NCBI GenBank assembly: GCA_039195965.1
Contig: JBCCVB010000012.1
Span: 1,172 to 65,171 of the forward strand
Source: Pseudomonadota bacterium
GTDB lineage: Bacteria; Pseudomonadota; Alphaproteobacteria; Rhizobiales; Stappiaceae
Direction of reading: 5' to 3'
Length of the DNA stretch: 64,000 bases
Within the stretch, counting starts at the first letter, position 1. Each line of letters opens with the position of its first letter. Below the pieces are notes generated by a model that was not told the DNA's origin, searched no databases, and saw only the letters and a list, made by a program, of their open reading frames with translations. A program made the position numbers and the translations under genes. Positions 27,386 to 37,103 of this stretch are shown piece after piece.

Positions 27386-29365
27386 TCAGCTGTCCAGGAA
27401 GGACCGCAGTTTGCGTGAGCGGCTCGGGTGCTTCAGCTTCCTGAGCGCCTTCGCCTCGATCTGACGGATACGCTCGCGAGTAACCGAGAACTGCTGACCG
27501 ACTTCTTCCAGCGTGTGGTCGGTGTTCATACCGATACCGAAACGCATTCTGAGAACGCGCTCTTCGCGCGGAGTAAGCGAAGCCAGCACACGTGTCGTGG
27601 TTTCACGCAGGTTCGACTGGATGGCCGCATCGATCGGCAGAACGGCGTTCTTGTCTTCGATGAAGTCGCCCAGATGTGAATCTTCCTCGTCGCCGATCGG
27701 CGTTTCCAGAGAGATCGGCTCCTTGGCGATCTTGAGAACCTTGCGCACTTTCTCAAGCGGCATCTGCAGCTTCTCAGCCAGTTCTTCCGGTGTCGGCTCG
27801 CGGCCGATTTCATGCAGCATCTGCCGCGATGTGCGAACGATCTTGTTGATCGTCTCGATCATGTGCACCGGAATACGAATGGTGCGTGCCTGGTCAGCGA
27901 TCGAGCGGGTGATCGCCTGACGGATCCACCATGTCGCGTAGGTGGAAAACTTGTAGCCGCGCCGGTATTCGAACTTGTCCACCGCCTTCATCAAACCGAT
28001 GTTTCCTTCCTGGATGAGATCGAGGAACTGCAGGCCACGGTTGGTGTACTTCTTGGCAATGGAGATGACGAGACGAAGGTTTGCCTCGACCATTTCCTTC
28101 TTGGCGATACGTGCTTCGCGCTCGCCCTTCTGGACCATTGCCACGATGCGGCGGAATTCGGTGATTTCGAGACCGGTCTCTGTTGCCAGCGTCTGGATTT
28201 CCTGACGCAGTTCGCGAACGGTCTCTTTTTCCTTGGCGATGAAGTTTTTCCAACCGCGGGTGGAAAGGTTCGCAACCTTGCGCAGCCAGTTCGGGTCGAG
28301 CTCAGCGCCCTGATACTGTTTCAGGAAGTCGGAGCGATCGACGTTGTAGCTGTCCGCAAGGCGCAGAAGACGGCCTTCATAGCCCATAAGACGCTTGTTG
28401 ATGTCATAGAGCTGGGCAACCAGGGCGTCGATACGGTTCTGGTTGAGCGAAAGGCTCTTCACGTCGACAACAATGTCTTCTTTCAGCTTCTTGTAGCGGC
28501 GTTCCTGGCTCGGAGACAGGGTCTTGTTGGCCAGCTTGTTTTCAACCAGCTGATCCTGCAGACGGCGCAGTTTCTTGTAGTTGTCGGCAATGTTGTCGAA
28601 TGTTTCAAGAACGCCCGGCTTCAGTTCTGCTTCCATGGCAGAAAGCGAGACGTTTGCTTCGAACTCGTCATCATCGTCGCTGTCGCCGTTCTCGCCGTCT
28701 TCGGAATTCTCTTCGGAAGCTTCTTCCTCTTCATCCTCGCCCGGTGCGACGTCGTCATTGGCAACAGCTGGCCCGGCTTTGGCGTCCGGTCCGGCATATG
28801 TTGCTTCCAGATCGATGATGTCGCGCAGCAGAACCTGAGCTTCGTTGAGTTCGTCACGCCAGATGATGATAGCCTGGAAGGTCAGCGGGCTTTCGCAAAG
28901 ACCCGCGATCATTGCTTCGCGACCAGCTTCGATACGCTTGGCGATCGCGATCTCACCCTCACGGGAAAGAAGCTCGACCGAACCCATTTCGCGCAAATAC
29001 ATGCGCACAGGATCATCCGTGCGGTCAGCCGGCTCCTTGGTGGTGCCGGTTTTGGCGACCGCGGTTGTCGTGGCTGCTACCAGCTCACCGCCATCAACCT
29101 CTTCCGGGCCATCGTCGGCTTCGTCGGAATCGATCACGTTGATACCCATGTCGGAAAGCATTGACATGGTGTCTTCAATTTTTTCGGAAGAAACCTGCTC
29201 GGAAGGCAGGACTTCGTTCAGCTCGTCATAAGTGACATAACCGCGTTTCTTCGCGGCTTTGATCATCTTTTTGACAGCGGCATCCGACAGGTCCAGCAGC
29301 GGACCATCCGGACCGTCCGCGCTTGCTTCCTGTGTGTCGTCTGCTTGTGTCGCTTTGGCTACCAT
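27386..29365 (-). CDS. rpoD: RNA polymerase sigma factor RpoD
   Basis: Region 1.1, [12 protein letters not shown], region 2 ([14 protein letters not shown]...ATWWIRQAI) and region 4 ([20 protein letters not shown]). Start taken at ATG 29365. Confidence 0.98.
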   Translation of the reverse strand: MVAKATQADDTQEASADGPDGPLLDLSDAAVKKMIKAAKKRGYVTYDELNEVLPSEQVSSEKIEDTMSMLSDMGINVIDSDEADDGPEEVDGGELVAATTTAVAKTGTTKEPADRTDDPVRMYLREMGSVELLSREGEIAIAKRIEAGREAMIAGLCESPLTFQAIIIWRDELNEAQVLLRDIIDLEATYAGPDAKAGPAVANDDVAPGEDEEEEASEENSEDGENGDSDDDDEFEANVSLSAMEAELKPGVLETFDNIADNYKKLRRLQDQLVENKLANKTLSPSQERRYKKLKEDIVVDVKSLSLNQNRIDALVAQLYDINKRLMGYEGRLLRLADSYNVDRSDFLKQYQGAELDPNWLRKVANLSTRGWKNFIAKEKETVRELRQEIQTLATETGLEITEFRRIVAMVQKGEREARIAKKEMVEANLRLVISIAKKYTNRGLQFLDLIQEGNIGLMKAVDKFEYRRGYKFSTYATWWIRQAITRSIADQARTIRIPVHMIETINKIVRTSRQMLHEIGREPTPEELAEKLQMPLEKVRKVLKIAKEPISLETPIGDEEDSHLGDFIEDKNAVLPIDAAIQSNLRETTTRVLASLTPREERVLRMRFGIGMNTDHTLEEVGQQFSVTRERIRQIEAKALRKLKHPSRSRKLRSFLDS

Positions 29366-29503
29366 ATCGTGCTCCAGTTCGTGGCTGGTCCAGCCACGCC
29401 GCGCCCTTTGTTTAGCTTCAACCCAATTCGCCCTCAGCGCGCCAGCATGAGATGCGGCGGCGTCTGAAAGAATCACTGTGTATAGGTTTGTAAGCCGTGT
29501 CCC

Positions 29504-29519
29504 TTAAGTCCCAATTAAC
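29504..29519. promoter_or_regulatory. CtrA-binding site upstream of rpoD
   Basis: TTAA-GTCCCAA-TTAAC is an exact TTAA-N7-TTAAC match, about 140 bp upstream of the rpoD start. Confidence 0.65.
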
Positions 29520-29872
29520 CGTACACTTATCGACTGTGACAATATTCAGCATCGACGCAGTACACGGCCTTTATTATTGGCATTCGAAGTGACGAATGCC
29601 GGAGAGGTATTCTAACGGGTTGCAGCGTTTATCTGACTATTTGTCGCGAGCAGGCTTTTAAGCTGCGACTCTTGAGGGCTGCAAAACTTCTATTTAGCTC
29701 GGCCAGCGCGATTCGCAAGTGTGATTCGTCATCGGTCAATTGGAAAATGCACTTTTTAACGTTCTGAACCCGCAAAACGGGGCTAAGTCCTGAAAAATCG
29801 GCACGTTCCACGCTTCAACAACTGACATGTCAAGTCTCAGGATGGCCACTTTTTAGCGACGGCCTCCCTCGA

Positions 29873-31804
29873 TTATTGTGCGGCTGCAGCCGCCGGAGGT
29901 GCCGTTCTGATTTTCTTGGCCCGTTCAGCCAGATCGGATTCGTCACGTGCGCACTCTTCGCGGCGCCGGTTCAGGTCCTGTGAAAGCGCCTGAATTCGCA
30001 TCCAGGAATGTTCATCAAGCTGCTCATCCGCAGTGGCGAGTTCCGAATTCAGCTCATCTTCAAGCGCGTTCAATTCCAGCACATCCAGGAAATGCAGGTA
30101 AGCAGCCTCGATAAAGTCTTCCGGCGGGTTTGACTTCAATAAGGGGAAGCGATGGTTCAATGCTGAAAATTCGGCCTTCTTCTGCTCCTGCATGCCGATG
30201 GTTTCCAACATCATTTCATACATGATGTCACGAAGCGGCTCATCAAAAGCGCCGGTCAGATCAGCAATCGGCGTCGCCTCCAAATCATCCACGATCCGGC
30301 ACAAGATATCGCGCAATTGCAAATGCAGCTCATTGACGAAGGGCATTCCCGAAAAGCGCTCAAAATTCCGATCCAGCAGATGCGGGTATCGCATGCATAG
30401 CCCGAGCACCAGGCGCTCAGTGCCAAAATCGTCGCTCGCCGCCACTCTTTCGCGCGCCTTGCCAAGCCCGTCGGGGCTTGGGATGCCTTTCTTGCCGTCT
30501 CGCCTGTTCTGACGCGCTTGCTCAAAGAACAGGTTGGACAGCTTGAACTTCAGGTCCAGCTGATAGCGTCGGCGGACACGTTCGTCCCGGATCGTTCCGA
30601 TCAGGTCGTCAAAACGTTTTTCCAGCGCGGCCTTGCGCTCCGGTGTGTCGAGACGAGAGACGGAAATTTCCCTCTCCCAGACCGCATCGAACAACGCCTG
30701 CGCTTTGGATACTTCCCCGTGAAATCCTTCCAACCCGCGCTGTTTGACGAGGTCGTCCGGGTCCATCCCATCGGGAAGGAAACAAAACTGGAAGGAGTAT
30801 CCGCTCTTCAAAACCGGAAAGATCCTGTCAATCGCCCGGTGAGCAGCGGACACCCCAGCAGCATCGCCGTCGAAACAGATCACGGGTTCCGGTGCGAACT
30901 TCCAGAGACGGACCACCTGATCCTCGGTGAATGCCGTCCCCAGCGAGGCAACCACATGGTGAATTCCGGCCTGCCAGAGCGCAATCGCATCCAGATAGCC
31001 CTCAACGACAACTGCTTCACCGCTCTTGAAAGCCGGTTCGCGTGCCCGGTGAGCATTGAACAGCATGACACCCTTGTGAAACAAAGGGGTCTCCGGTGAG
31101 TTGAGGTATTTCGGCTGGCCGTCCGGCATCAGAGTACGCCCACCAAAGGCGACCACCCTGCCCCGGTCGTCCTGGATCGGGATCATCAACCTACCGCGAA
31201 ACCGGTCGTATCCCGGTCGGCCATCGTCAGGCCGGATAACGAGACCGGCCTCGACCATCGCCGCCTCGGGAATGTCCCGCGCGGCCAGAAAATTCTTCAG
31301 CGCATCCCGGCTGTCCGGCGCAAATCCAAACCGGAACTCGGAAAGTGTTTGAGGAGAAAGACCGCGCTTTAACGCATAGTTGCGCGCGCTCTCGCCTCGC
31401 GGCGCTGCAAACTCGGACTGGAAGAACTGAGCCGCCATTTCGCAGATATCTGCAAGTCCAGCGCGCTTTTTCTCACGCCGCGCAGCCTGTGGATCGGGTG
31501 CTGGCAGTGCCACACCCGCCTGTTCGGCCAGCCGTTCAACGGATTCGGGAAAACTCAGTCCTTCGGTTTCACACAGGAAGGTAAAATGGTCTCCGGAAGC
31601 GCCGCACCCGAAACACTTGTAACGGTTGCGCCTGTCATCCACGTGGAAACTCGGGCTCTTCTCCTGGTGAAACGGACAGCAGGCCCAGTAATCGCCCTTA
31701 CCCGGCTGCGTTTTGCGCCTGTCCCACGTGACGCGGCGCCCAACGACATCCGAGAGTGTCAGGCGGGCGCGAATTTCATCGAGAAGGCGCGGTTCAAAAC
31801 GCAT
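29873..31804 (-). CDS. dnaG: DNA primase
   Basis: CHC2 zinc finger (CCPFHQEKSPSF...CFGC), KYLNSPET and TOPRIM (VVEGYLD, FDGD). Confidence 0.98.
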   Translation of the reverse strand: MRFEPRLLDEIRARLTLSDVVGRRVTWDRRKTQPGKGDYWACCPFHQEKSPSFHVDDRRNRYKCFGCGASGDHFTFLCETEGLSFPESVERLAEQAGVALPAPDPQAARREKKRAGLADICEMAAQFFQSEFAAPRGESARNYALKRGLSPQTLSEFRFGFAPDSRDALKNFLAARDIPEAAMVEAGLVIRPDDGRPGYDRFRGRLMIPIQDDRGRVVAFGGRTLMPDGQPKYLNSPETPLFHKGVMLFNAHRAREPAFKSGEAVVVEGYLDAIALWQAGIHHVVASLGTAFTEDQVVRLWKFAPEPVICFDGDAAGVSAAHRAIDRIFPVLKSGYSFQFCFLPDGMDPDDLVKQRGLEGFHGEVSKAQALFDAVWEREISVSRLDTPERKAALEKRFDDLIGTIRDERVRRRYQLDLKFKLSNLFFEQARQNRRDGKKGIPSPDGLGKARERVAASDDFGTERLVLGLCMRYPHLLDRNFERFSGMPFVNELHLQLRDILCRIVDDLEATPIADLTGAFDEPLRDIMYEMMLETIGMQEQKKAEFSALNHRFPLLKSNPPEDFIEAAYLHFLDVLELNALEDELNSELATADEQLDEHSWMRIQALSQDLNRRREECARDESDLAERAKKIRTAPPAAAAAQ

Positions 31805-31839
31805 TGAGTACGAACTGTCCCTGGTGAAAGCATGCTAAA

Positions 31840-31869
31840 GCCTGACCGGCCCCATCGGGCCGGTCAGGC
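31840..31869. terminator. Strong hairpin between yqeY and dnaG
   Basis: GCCTGACCGGCCC-catc-GGGCCGGTCAGGC, a 13-bp stem with no clear U-run. Confidence 0.45.
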
Positions 31870-32004
31870 AGATCTGCCAAAATAGAAGGTCTCGGCACGT
31901 TGCGCCAGTACCTAACCCGGTTCCTGACAGAGCGTGGAAGACCTGTTGATAGTTTGTGTGAATTCGACGGATCTTCCCATTCATCGTCTTCGGGAAGAAG
32001 CGCG

Positions 32005-32523
32005 TCAGTTTTGCGGTGTGTCTTCGGATCCGTTCTTGGATTGGCCGTTGCCATTGCCATCGGCACGCAGCATGTCTTTGACGAAACACGAGGCCTGAAC
32101 AAAGTCCATTTGTCCGGAATACCTGCTCTTGAGCTCGCTCATGCATCGGCCAATGTCACGCAGCCCATGGGCATCGATATCTTTCACCGTCGCCTCACAT
32201 AAAGCACGGGTTTCTTCATCGCTGAGCTGTACCGGTAGAAATTCGCGGATGATCTCTTGCTCCGCGCGTTCCTGTTCCGCGAGATTCAGCTGGCCGCTGG
32301 TTTCAAATTCTTCGGCGGAAGTTTCACGCTGGCGGATCATTTTCCGAAGAATATCAATAACCTCTCTCTCATCCACGCCATCTTTGCCGTTTTCACGGGC
32401 AGCAGTTTCGCGATCCTTTACCGCGGTCTGCACAAGGCGCAGCGTTGCGCATCTGCGTTTGTCACCCGCATCCTGCGCCAATTTCAATGCAGTGTTGATT
32501 CTTTCGCGCATGTCATCGCGCAT
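32005..32523 (-). CDS. GatB/YqeY domain protein
   Basis: TLRLVQTAVKDRE...KMIRQRE...E..IIREFLP.QLS...DIGRCM. Confidence 0.9.
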   Translation of the reverse strand: MRDDMRERINTALKLAQDAGDKRRCATLRLVQTAVKDRETAARENGKDGVDEREVIDILRKMIRQRETSAEEFETSGQLNLAEQERAEQEIIREFLPVQLSDEETRALCEATVKDIDAHGLRDIGRCMSELKSRYSGQMDFVQASCFVKDMLRADGNGNGQSKNGSEDTPQN

Positions 32524-32757
32524 GGTTTACCCCACCCCTGCCGTGCTGAACCCGCGACGCGTTGGCGCCCTTTCCACCTTGCTCAGCCAAGCTATTGAAA
32601 TTTATAGATCTTTTTTCAAAGGATCAATGTTGACGATCCTAGCCGCTTCCCATAGAGTCTCGCGCTTAATGCAGACGGCCTACTGCAGGCGTTTCTGCCT
32701 GCCTCAGACGCCTTTCCTGCAGCGCATGATGTCACCAACAAACTCTGGAAACAAGAC

Positions 32758-33933
32758 ATGACGACTGCAGACGCATGGTCTGAGACCCCGGCGACCGCCC
32801 TCCTTGTGCTCTCCGACGGCAGCGTTATCGAAGGATACGGCCTTGGCGCCACGGGACAAGCCGTTGGTGAAATTTGCTTTAACACGGCAATGACAGGGTA
32901 TCAGGAAATCCTGACGGACCCATCTTACTCCGGCCAGATCATCACCTTCACATTTCCACATATCGGCAATGTCGGCACCAATGACGAGGACATCGAAACC
33001 GTCAACATGGCCGCCGAAAGCGGAATTCGTGGCGTGGTTCTGGCGGCGGAAATCACCGACCCTTCCAACTACCGCGCCGCAAAACACCTCGACGCGTGGC
33101 TCAAGAGCCGCAACCTGATCGGCATCAGTGGAGTGGACACCCGCGCACTGACGGCGCTGATCCGCGAAAAAGGTGTCCCCAATGGCGTGATCGCGCACGC
33201 ACCGGACGGAAATTTCGACCTGGAAGCGTTGAAAACGGCAGCTGCCAACTGGCCGGGACTGGTCGGCATGGACCTCGCCAAGGATGCTTCGACCACTCAG
33301 TCCCATCCCTGGTCCCAGACCACGTGGAAATGGGATGAAGGCTTCGGCGAAACAACCGATGGCAAATTCAAGGTCGTCGCCATCGATTTCGGCATCAAGC
33401 GCAACATCCTGCGTCTGCTCGCCGACGCCGGGTGTGACGTTACTGTATTGCCGGCCACCGCAACTTCTGAAGAAGTCCTCGCGCACAATCCGGATGGCGT
33501 CTTCCTGTCCAACGGTCCGGGCGATCCGGCTGCGACTGGCAACTACTCTGTCGAGATGATCCAGAATGTCGTCGACAAGGGTGTTCCGACCTTCGGTATC
33601 TGCCTGGGTCACCAGATGCTGGCACTGGCGCTTGGCGGAAAGACCGTGAAAATGCATCAGGGCCATCACGGCGCCAATCACCCGGTATTCGACCACACAA
33701 CCGGCAAGGTGGAAATCACCTCTATGAACCACGGTTTTGCCGTTGATGCCGACAGCCTTCCGGACAATGTCGAACAGACCCATGTCTCGCTCTTTGACGG
33801 CTCCAATTGCGGCCTGGCGATGAAAGACAAACCTGTCTTTTCCGTTCAGTATCATCCGGAGGCCTCCCCCGGCCCACGCGACAGCAACTACCTGTTCAAG
33901 CGTTTCACGGATCTTATGGAAGCTGCCGGCTAA
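32758..33933 (+). CDS. carA: Carbamoyl-phosphate synthase small subunit
   Basis: EICFNTAMTGYQE, LSNGPGDP, FGICLGHQ and QYHPEASPGP. Confidence 0.98.
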   Translation: MTTADAWSETPATALLVLSDGSVIEGYGLGATGQAVGEICFNTAMTGYQEILTDPSYSGQIITFTFPHIGNVGTNDEDIETVNMAAESGIRGVVLAAEITDPSNYRAAKHLDAWLKSRNLIGISGVDTRALTALIREKGVPNGVIAHAPDGNFDLEALKTAAANWPGLVGMDLAKDASTTQSHPWSQTTWKWDEGFGETTDGKFKVVAIDFGIKRNILRLLADAGCDVTVLPATATSEEVLAHNPDGVFLSNGPGDPAATGNYSVEMIQNVVDKGVPTFGICLGHQMLALALGGKTVKMHQGHHGANHPVFDHTTGKVEITSMNHGFAVDADSLPDNVEQTHVSLFDGSNCGLAMKDKPVFSVQYHPEASPGPRDSNYLFKRFTDLMEAAG

Positions 33934-34004
33934 CCGAAGCTCGGAACAAACGCGTTTTCTCTGACAGCTGTTTCGAGCCCGGTTCTTCAGTATGAACAAA
34001 TTGA

Positions 34005-34036
34005 GCCGCCTGGCGTTGTTGACGCCAGGCGGTTTT
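34005..34036 (+). terminator. Intrinsic terminator after carA
   Basis: GCCGCCTGGCGT-tgttg-ACGCCAGGCGGT-TTT. Confidence 0.75.
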
Positions 34037-34435
34037 GTCATTTGCACTTTCTTGAATGACCCTGGATTTTTCTCAATCAAAGGCAACTGTCACACGGCCC
34101 TTGCGGAAGGGGTCCTCAATAGGTGCCGACGTTACATCGTCCTTGTGGGTTCAGCTCAAGTAGCCGAGCAATCTTGCTCGAAGAAGAGGCCTTACCAACC
34201 AGACTACGGATTAAGGAGTTGCAGTCTGCTGCTCTTCGAAATCAGGCTCTTGAGGTCAATATTATCGCACTTCATATATTGAACGTTCGTTCGTTCAACT
34301 TATATTCTCCAGACAAACATTCGTTTGCACCTTACCGGCGTCCCTGTCGGATTGTCGAACCACTGGGTTTTCAAATGAATATGGAAATCCAGACCAAAAG
34401 CCATTTTTGACTTAATCAAATTCCCGGATCTTCAC

Positions 34436-35263
34436 ATGACCTTTGCTCGAAATGTCTTCTGTGCGACAGCACTTGCCTGGCTCTTTGTTGCCGTCGCAAC
34501 CGTTTCGTCGAGCGCGCAAAGCGCTCATACGTATGACCTTCTTGTTTCAGACAAAAAAATTGGCGAGATCGTTCTGACCACACACCCCGATTCTGGTGGC
34601 GGCTACAGGATTGCACAGCAACTGAAAATCGACACTCAGGGTTTCTGGGGCAGAATTAATGTCGAGAGCCTGACGGAAGAGTTTCACGCAACACAAGGTT
34701 TACTGGAAAAGGCAAGCAGCAAGACACGCGAGAGTAACAAGGTCTACTGGAGCAAGGTCGCCCTTTCCGGCAGCGAATATCTTGCTTTTCATGCCCAGAT
34801 GAAGAACGAAGACGAAAAGGAAATGGATGAAGTCTTCGCTCTGGCCAAGGGCGTTGTCTCCTATCTTGTTCCCGGGGCCGGGGACGTCATGGCGATCGGC
34901 AGCGTCATTCTGGCAGATGACAAGAACGCCTCTCGCAACGACCGTTTTACCAAAGATAGTTTCGATACCAGTCTCATGGGCCTCCCACTGATGTGGCAGC
35001 GGAACGATTTCCGTCTTCCGGCCACCTTGCGAGTGTTCGATATCCAGGAAATGGCAGTGTTCGGAGGAAGGGTAAGTTTCAAGGGAGTTGAAACAGTTAC
35101 GCTCGGCAGTCAGAAGATTTCCGCGCACCGATACAGTCTTGAAGCAGAAGGTGGCGAACCCATTGATGTGTGGCTGCGCATCGTCGGAAGCGGATTGCCC
35201 CACTTTGTACAATTGGCCGGAAAAGAAAGCGGCACGGCCTTCAAGATAGTTCTGCGCCCCTGA
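34436..35263 (+). CDS. Hypothetical exported protein
   Basis: Signal peptide ending SSAQS and a beta-rich body. Followed by a terminator. Confidence 0.7.
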   Translation: MTFARNVFCATALAWLFVAVATVSSSAQSAHTYDLLVSDKKIGEIVLTTHPDSGGGYRIAQQLKIDTQGFWGRINVESLTEEFHATQGLLEKASSKTRESNKVYWSKVALSGSEYLAFHAQMKNEDEKEMDEVFALAKGVVSYLVPGAGDVMAIGSVILADDKNASRNDRFTKDSFDTSLMGLPLMWQRNDFRLPATLRVFDIQEMAVFGGRVSFKGVETVTLGSQKISAHRYSLEAEGGEPIDVWLRIVGSGLPHFVQLAGKESGTAFKIVLRP

Positions 35264-35315
35264 AGGCAACACAGGTGAGCATCTGCCGTGACCTGATTTG
35301 CAACACTGCAAAAAC

Positions 35316-35350
35316 AAAAAACCCCGGTGCAATTGCACCGGGGGTTTTTT
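35316..35350. terminator. Bidirectional intrinsic terminator
   Basis: AAAAAACCCCGGTGC-aatt-GCACCGGGGGTTTTTT between convergent genes. Confidence 0.85.
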
Positions 35351-35366
35351 CAGAACCGAAAGCTTA

Positions 35367-35804
35367 TCAAGCGAGCAGTTCGTCGAAGCTGGTAAGGATC
35401 AGATCGACTTCAGCAATCTGCTCGTCCAGCATCTGTTTCTGTTCTACGAGAATTTCCTGCTGACCCTTGCAGATCTCCTGGAGTTCCCTGAACTGATCAG
35501 TCCGGTTGGTGTTGCTTTCCACCAGTTTGATGACGCGGCGGATCTCCGCCAGGGTCAGACCGATTTTCTTTGCCTGCAGAATGACACGCATCCGGGAGAT
35601 GTCGCGAGCGCCGTAAAAACGACGTGCACCCTTACGTACGGGATTCAGAAGACCTTTTTCTTCGTAAAACCGCAGTGTCCGTAGAGTTACATCAAACTGC
35701 TCCGACATTTCCGAAATTGGCAATGCGCGGTCGTCCAGCACCACTTCCTGTCCCGGACCTGCGATGTCCGGAATCACAACCATGTTGGTAGCTACGTTGT
35801 TCAT
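35367..35804 (-). CDS. MerR family transcriptional regulator
   Basis: ISEMSEQFDVTLRTLRFYEEKGLLNP.R....R.Y and GLTLAEI. Confidence 0.9.
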   Translation of the reverse strand: MNNVATNMVVIPDIAGPGQEVVLDDRALPISEMSEQFDVTLRTLRFYEEKGLLNPVRKGARRFYGARDISRMRVILQAKKIGLTLAEIRRVIKLVESNTNRTDQFRELQEICKGQQEILVEQKQMLDEQIAEVDLILTSFDELLA

Positions 35805-36651
35805 AGTTTAAAGCCCGATCTTGTCTTTTTGTTCCGAGTCCAGCCAGGCAATGCAACACTCCTGATTTCCTGCCCCACAACAGGTTCTCAGGTCCCACTA
35901 GCATCGCAATTGCACCTCCATTTGGCACGAAGCAATCTGCTCAAAGCCCTGGAAGCCCCCAACGCCAAACATAATTGAGACTAAGCGGGTAGACTATTAC
36001 ACTGGATCGACAGTTAAAATCTACGATAAAATTGGATTTATTGCCTATTTTCCGCAGAAGCATCAGTCCACGGAAAACTAAAACTAATTTTTTGGCAGAT
36101 TGAGCACACAACTAGGAATAATAAGACAGATTGTCGCGTTCCAAAGTGGGTATAAATATTAATTATCGATAATAAGAACCTAATAAATATTCTTTCCCGA
36201 CCTCTGGATATCCCCAATGATTTTCACTGACCTTGCGGCAGGCGAATTTCGGAAAACGCTTAGTTTTCCAAAACTTATCACTGACATTTATATCAGTGCT
36301 CAATTTCTGTCTAGATAGCATCTAAGAAAATCCAGACTCCAACCTCACGAAAGGGAAGCCCATGGCGATGTCTCCGCTCGCCGACATACACCTTTAACGA
36401 GCATCTTGGAAGTCTGAAATTTTTCAGACCTCGCACACCAGGTGAAGCAGTCTTCGACCAACATTCATGCCTTGAGAATCAGCTCAGACAAGTACCGGCA
36501 GGTCCAGCACGCGCGCTTCCAGCACAAAAAGTAGCACATTGTGCACTTCCTGATTGACAAGTTACCATTGAGGTTATTTCTGTCAGGAAGTCGGCATGTG
36601 CACGGCCGACCATGGCAGAACCGAACCAAGGTACTCCGGAATAAAAGAAAT

Positions 36652-36930
36652 ATGGCCGAATCAAAATCAAAAATCCCAGCTCCCGGCATGACACCGCAAC
36701 AGTTCCGCGTATGGCGACGGACGCTCGGGTTGAAGCAAAAGGATGCGGCTGAGCGGCTGGGTCTGAAAAAACGCATGATCCAGTATTATGAAAAGGGCAA
36801 TCGCGACGGACGGCCGGTAGAAATACCAAAATCCATCCGTTTGGCTTGTTATGCACTGTCCGAAGGGATCGGTGATTTTGACGGCCAAATCACCACACCA
36901 TTGCCTGCCGAAGCCGCTGACTCCGAATAA
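36652..36930 (+). CDS. Small XRE-family HTH protein
   Basis: MTPQQFRVWRRTLGLKQKDAAERLGL..RMIQYYEKG. Confidence 0.85.
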   Translation: MAESKSKIPAPGMTPQQFRVWRRTLGLKQKDAAERLGLKKRMIQYYEKGNRDGRPVEIPKSIRLACYALSEGIGDFDGQITTPLPAEAADSE

Positions 36931-37103
36931 TCTCGTCATTCCTGGTCGGAAAACGTCGTCTTGTCGCTCTACCGGGGTTTCCTAGCGCTGCGCTTTTCCC
37001 TATAAGACGCGCTCAGCCAACATTGTCATTCACACTTAGATCGAGCCGGACCGAATAGCGAACGCCGCTAATACGGACTGGCCGCTGCGAGCTGCGAACC
37101 GAG

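Noticed and set aside
27812-29164. Long antisense ORFs opposite rpoD, carA (32704-34086), carB (38271-39614), the slipin gene (20234-21439) and others
   Set aside because: These are typical shadow ORFs produced by GC-rich codon bias on the coding strand, with no recognisable motifs.
29366-29476. Extended N-terminus of RpoD as given by the ORF track
   Set aside because: The homologue-like sequence starts at MVAKAT (ATG 29365, preceded by a GGAG RBS). Upstream extensions of several other ORFs (SIMPL, hydratase, EF-G2, ScfR) were trimmed for the same reason.
34279-34298. TTGAACG-N6-CGTTCAA dyad upstream of the 34436 gene
   Set aside because: It is a plausible operator, but no regulator can be assigned and there is no second copy, so it is too weak to report.
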